Assembly: GCF_963921235.1 (NCBI RefSeq) | Contig: NC_086097.1 | Span: 79,982,001 to 80,046,000, forward strand | DNA: 64,000 nt | Direction of reading: 5' to 3' | From: Mobula hypostoma | Taxonomy: Eukaryota | Shown: piece after piece, positions 63,318-64,000 of the stretch | Position numbering within the stretch: the first letter of the stretch is position 1 | Layout of the letters: every line of letters begins with the position of its first letter | Program-made: the position numbers and the translations under genes | Notes under the pieces: generated by a model | Seen by the model: the letters and a program-made list of their open reading frames with translations, nothing else | Database searches by the model: none | What the model was told of the DNA's origin: nothing

Positions 63318-64000
63318 GAATAACACCTCAAATTGAGAAATATGATGATGGAATACTGAATTTGGAATTTAGTTTAAGGTTGGAATTTTGGAATTCTATC
63401 ATCCTAATGCAATAACTTCGTCCCAGATCCATACTCAGAAATATTCTAAAACACAAATTCTGGATGCTGAAGAGTAGGTGTACTGAAGAGTAGGCTTGGG
63501 AACAGCCATATTCCCCTATTTCCTTAGACCGCAGAAGGCCATTTAGCACACTGAGTTAATGATGATTTACAAATCAATCCAGTTTCCTTACAACTTTCCC
63601 TGAAATACTCTACACACATTCCATCCCACCTACACTATAAGCTATTAATAGAAGCCAATTACCAACCAACTTGCACAGCTTCAGCAAGTAGAAGGAATCC
63701 AAAACACCCAGAGGATACCCATGTGATCAAAGGATGAATATGCAAATTCCACATGGAAAGCACTGAGGTCAGGATTGAACTCAAGTCACTCTAGATGTGA
63801 ACTGTTCTGAAGCAATAAAAACAAGACTTGACCAACAAAATGTTTGGGTTGGGTAAAGATAGGGTAGGGAGTGGCAGTAAATTGTTAGGCAAGTCTGTGA
63901 AAGCCTGCAATTACACAGAGAACAGATATAAATACAAGGATGAAGATAACTGAATGATTGAAGGCCTACTGTTCCTATTTTATAGAGGATTTTTTACTAT

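Noticed and set aside
1..64000. Prokaryotic systems (CRISPR arrays, operons, retrons), tRNA/rRNA genes
   Set aside because: The sequence is eukaryotic repeat-rich DNA. All RTs belong to LINE/LTR families, and the A/B boxes belong to SINEs.

Overview
Repeat-dense, AT-rich vertebrate genomic DNA (intronic or intergenic). The mix of CR1, Rex1/Babar, L1, RTE, Penelope, Deu-type SINE, Gypsy, Copia, hAT-Charlie and Tigger repeats suggests a cartilaginous fish, possibly a ray; this is inference. No intact host gene is present, and almost every ORF in the track is a transposon remnant. The outstanding feature is a complete, TSD-flanked Gypsy LTR element at 23030-26201. Its RT/RNaseH/integrase region is replaced by two intronless host mRNA fragments in tandem: SUDS3 (Sin3-HDAC subunit, in frame with the element's protease) and YBX1 (cold-shock RNA-binding protein, with its own 5'UTR and ATG). 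Other notable items are an endogenous retroviral env plus LTR (1-1274), a degraded Copia-order element (~29420-35250), Penelope elements carrying minimal hammerhead ribozyme motifs, two more Gypsy proviruses, and a candidate first coding exon on the minus strand (48909-48937). Family names come from recognising motifs by eye, not from database searches.
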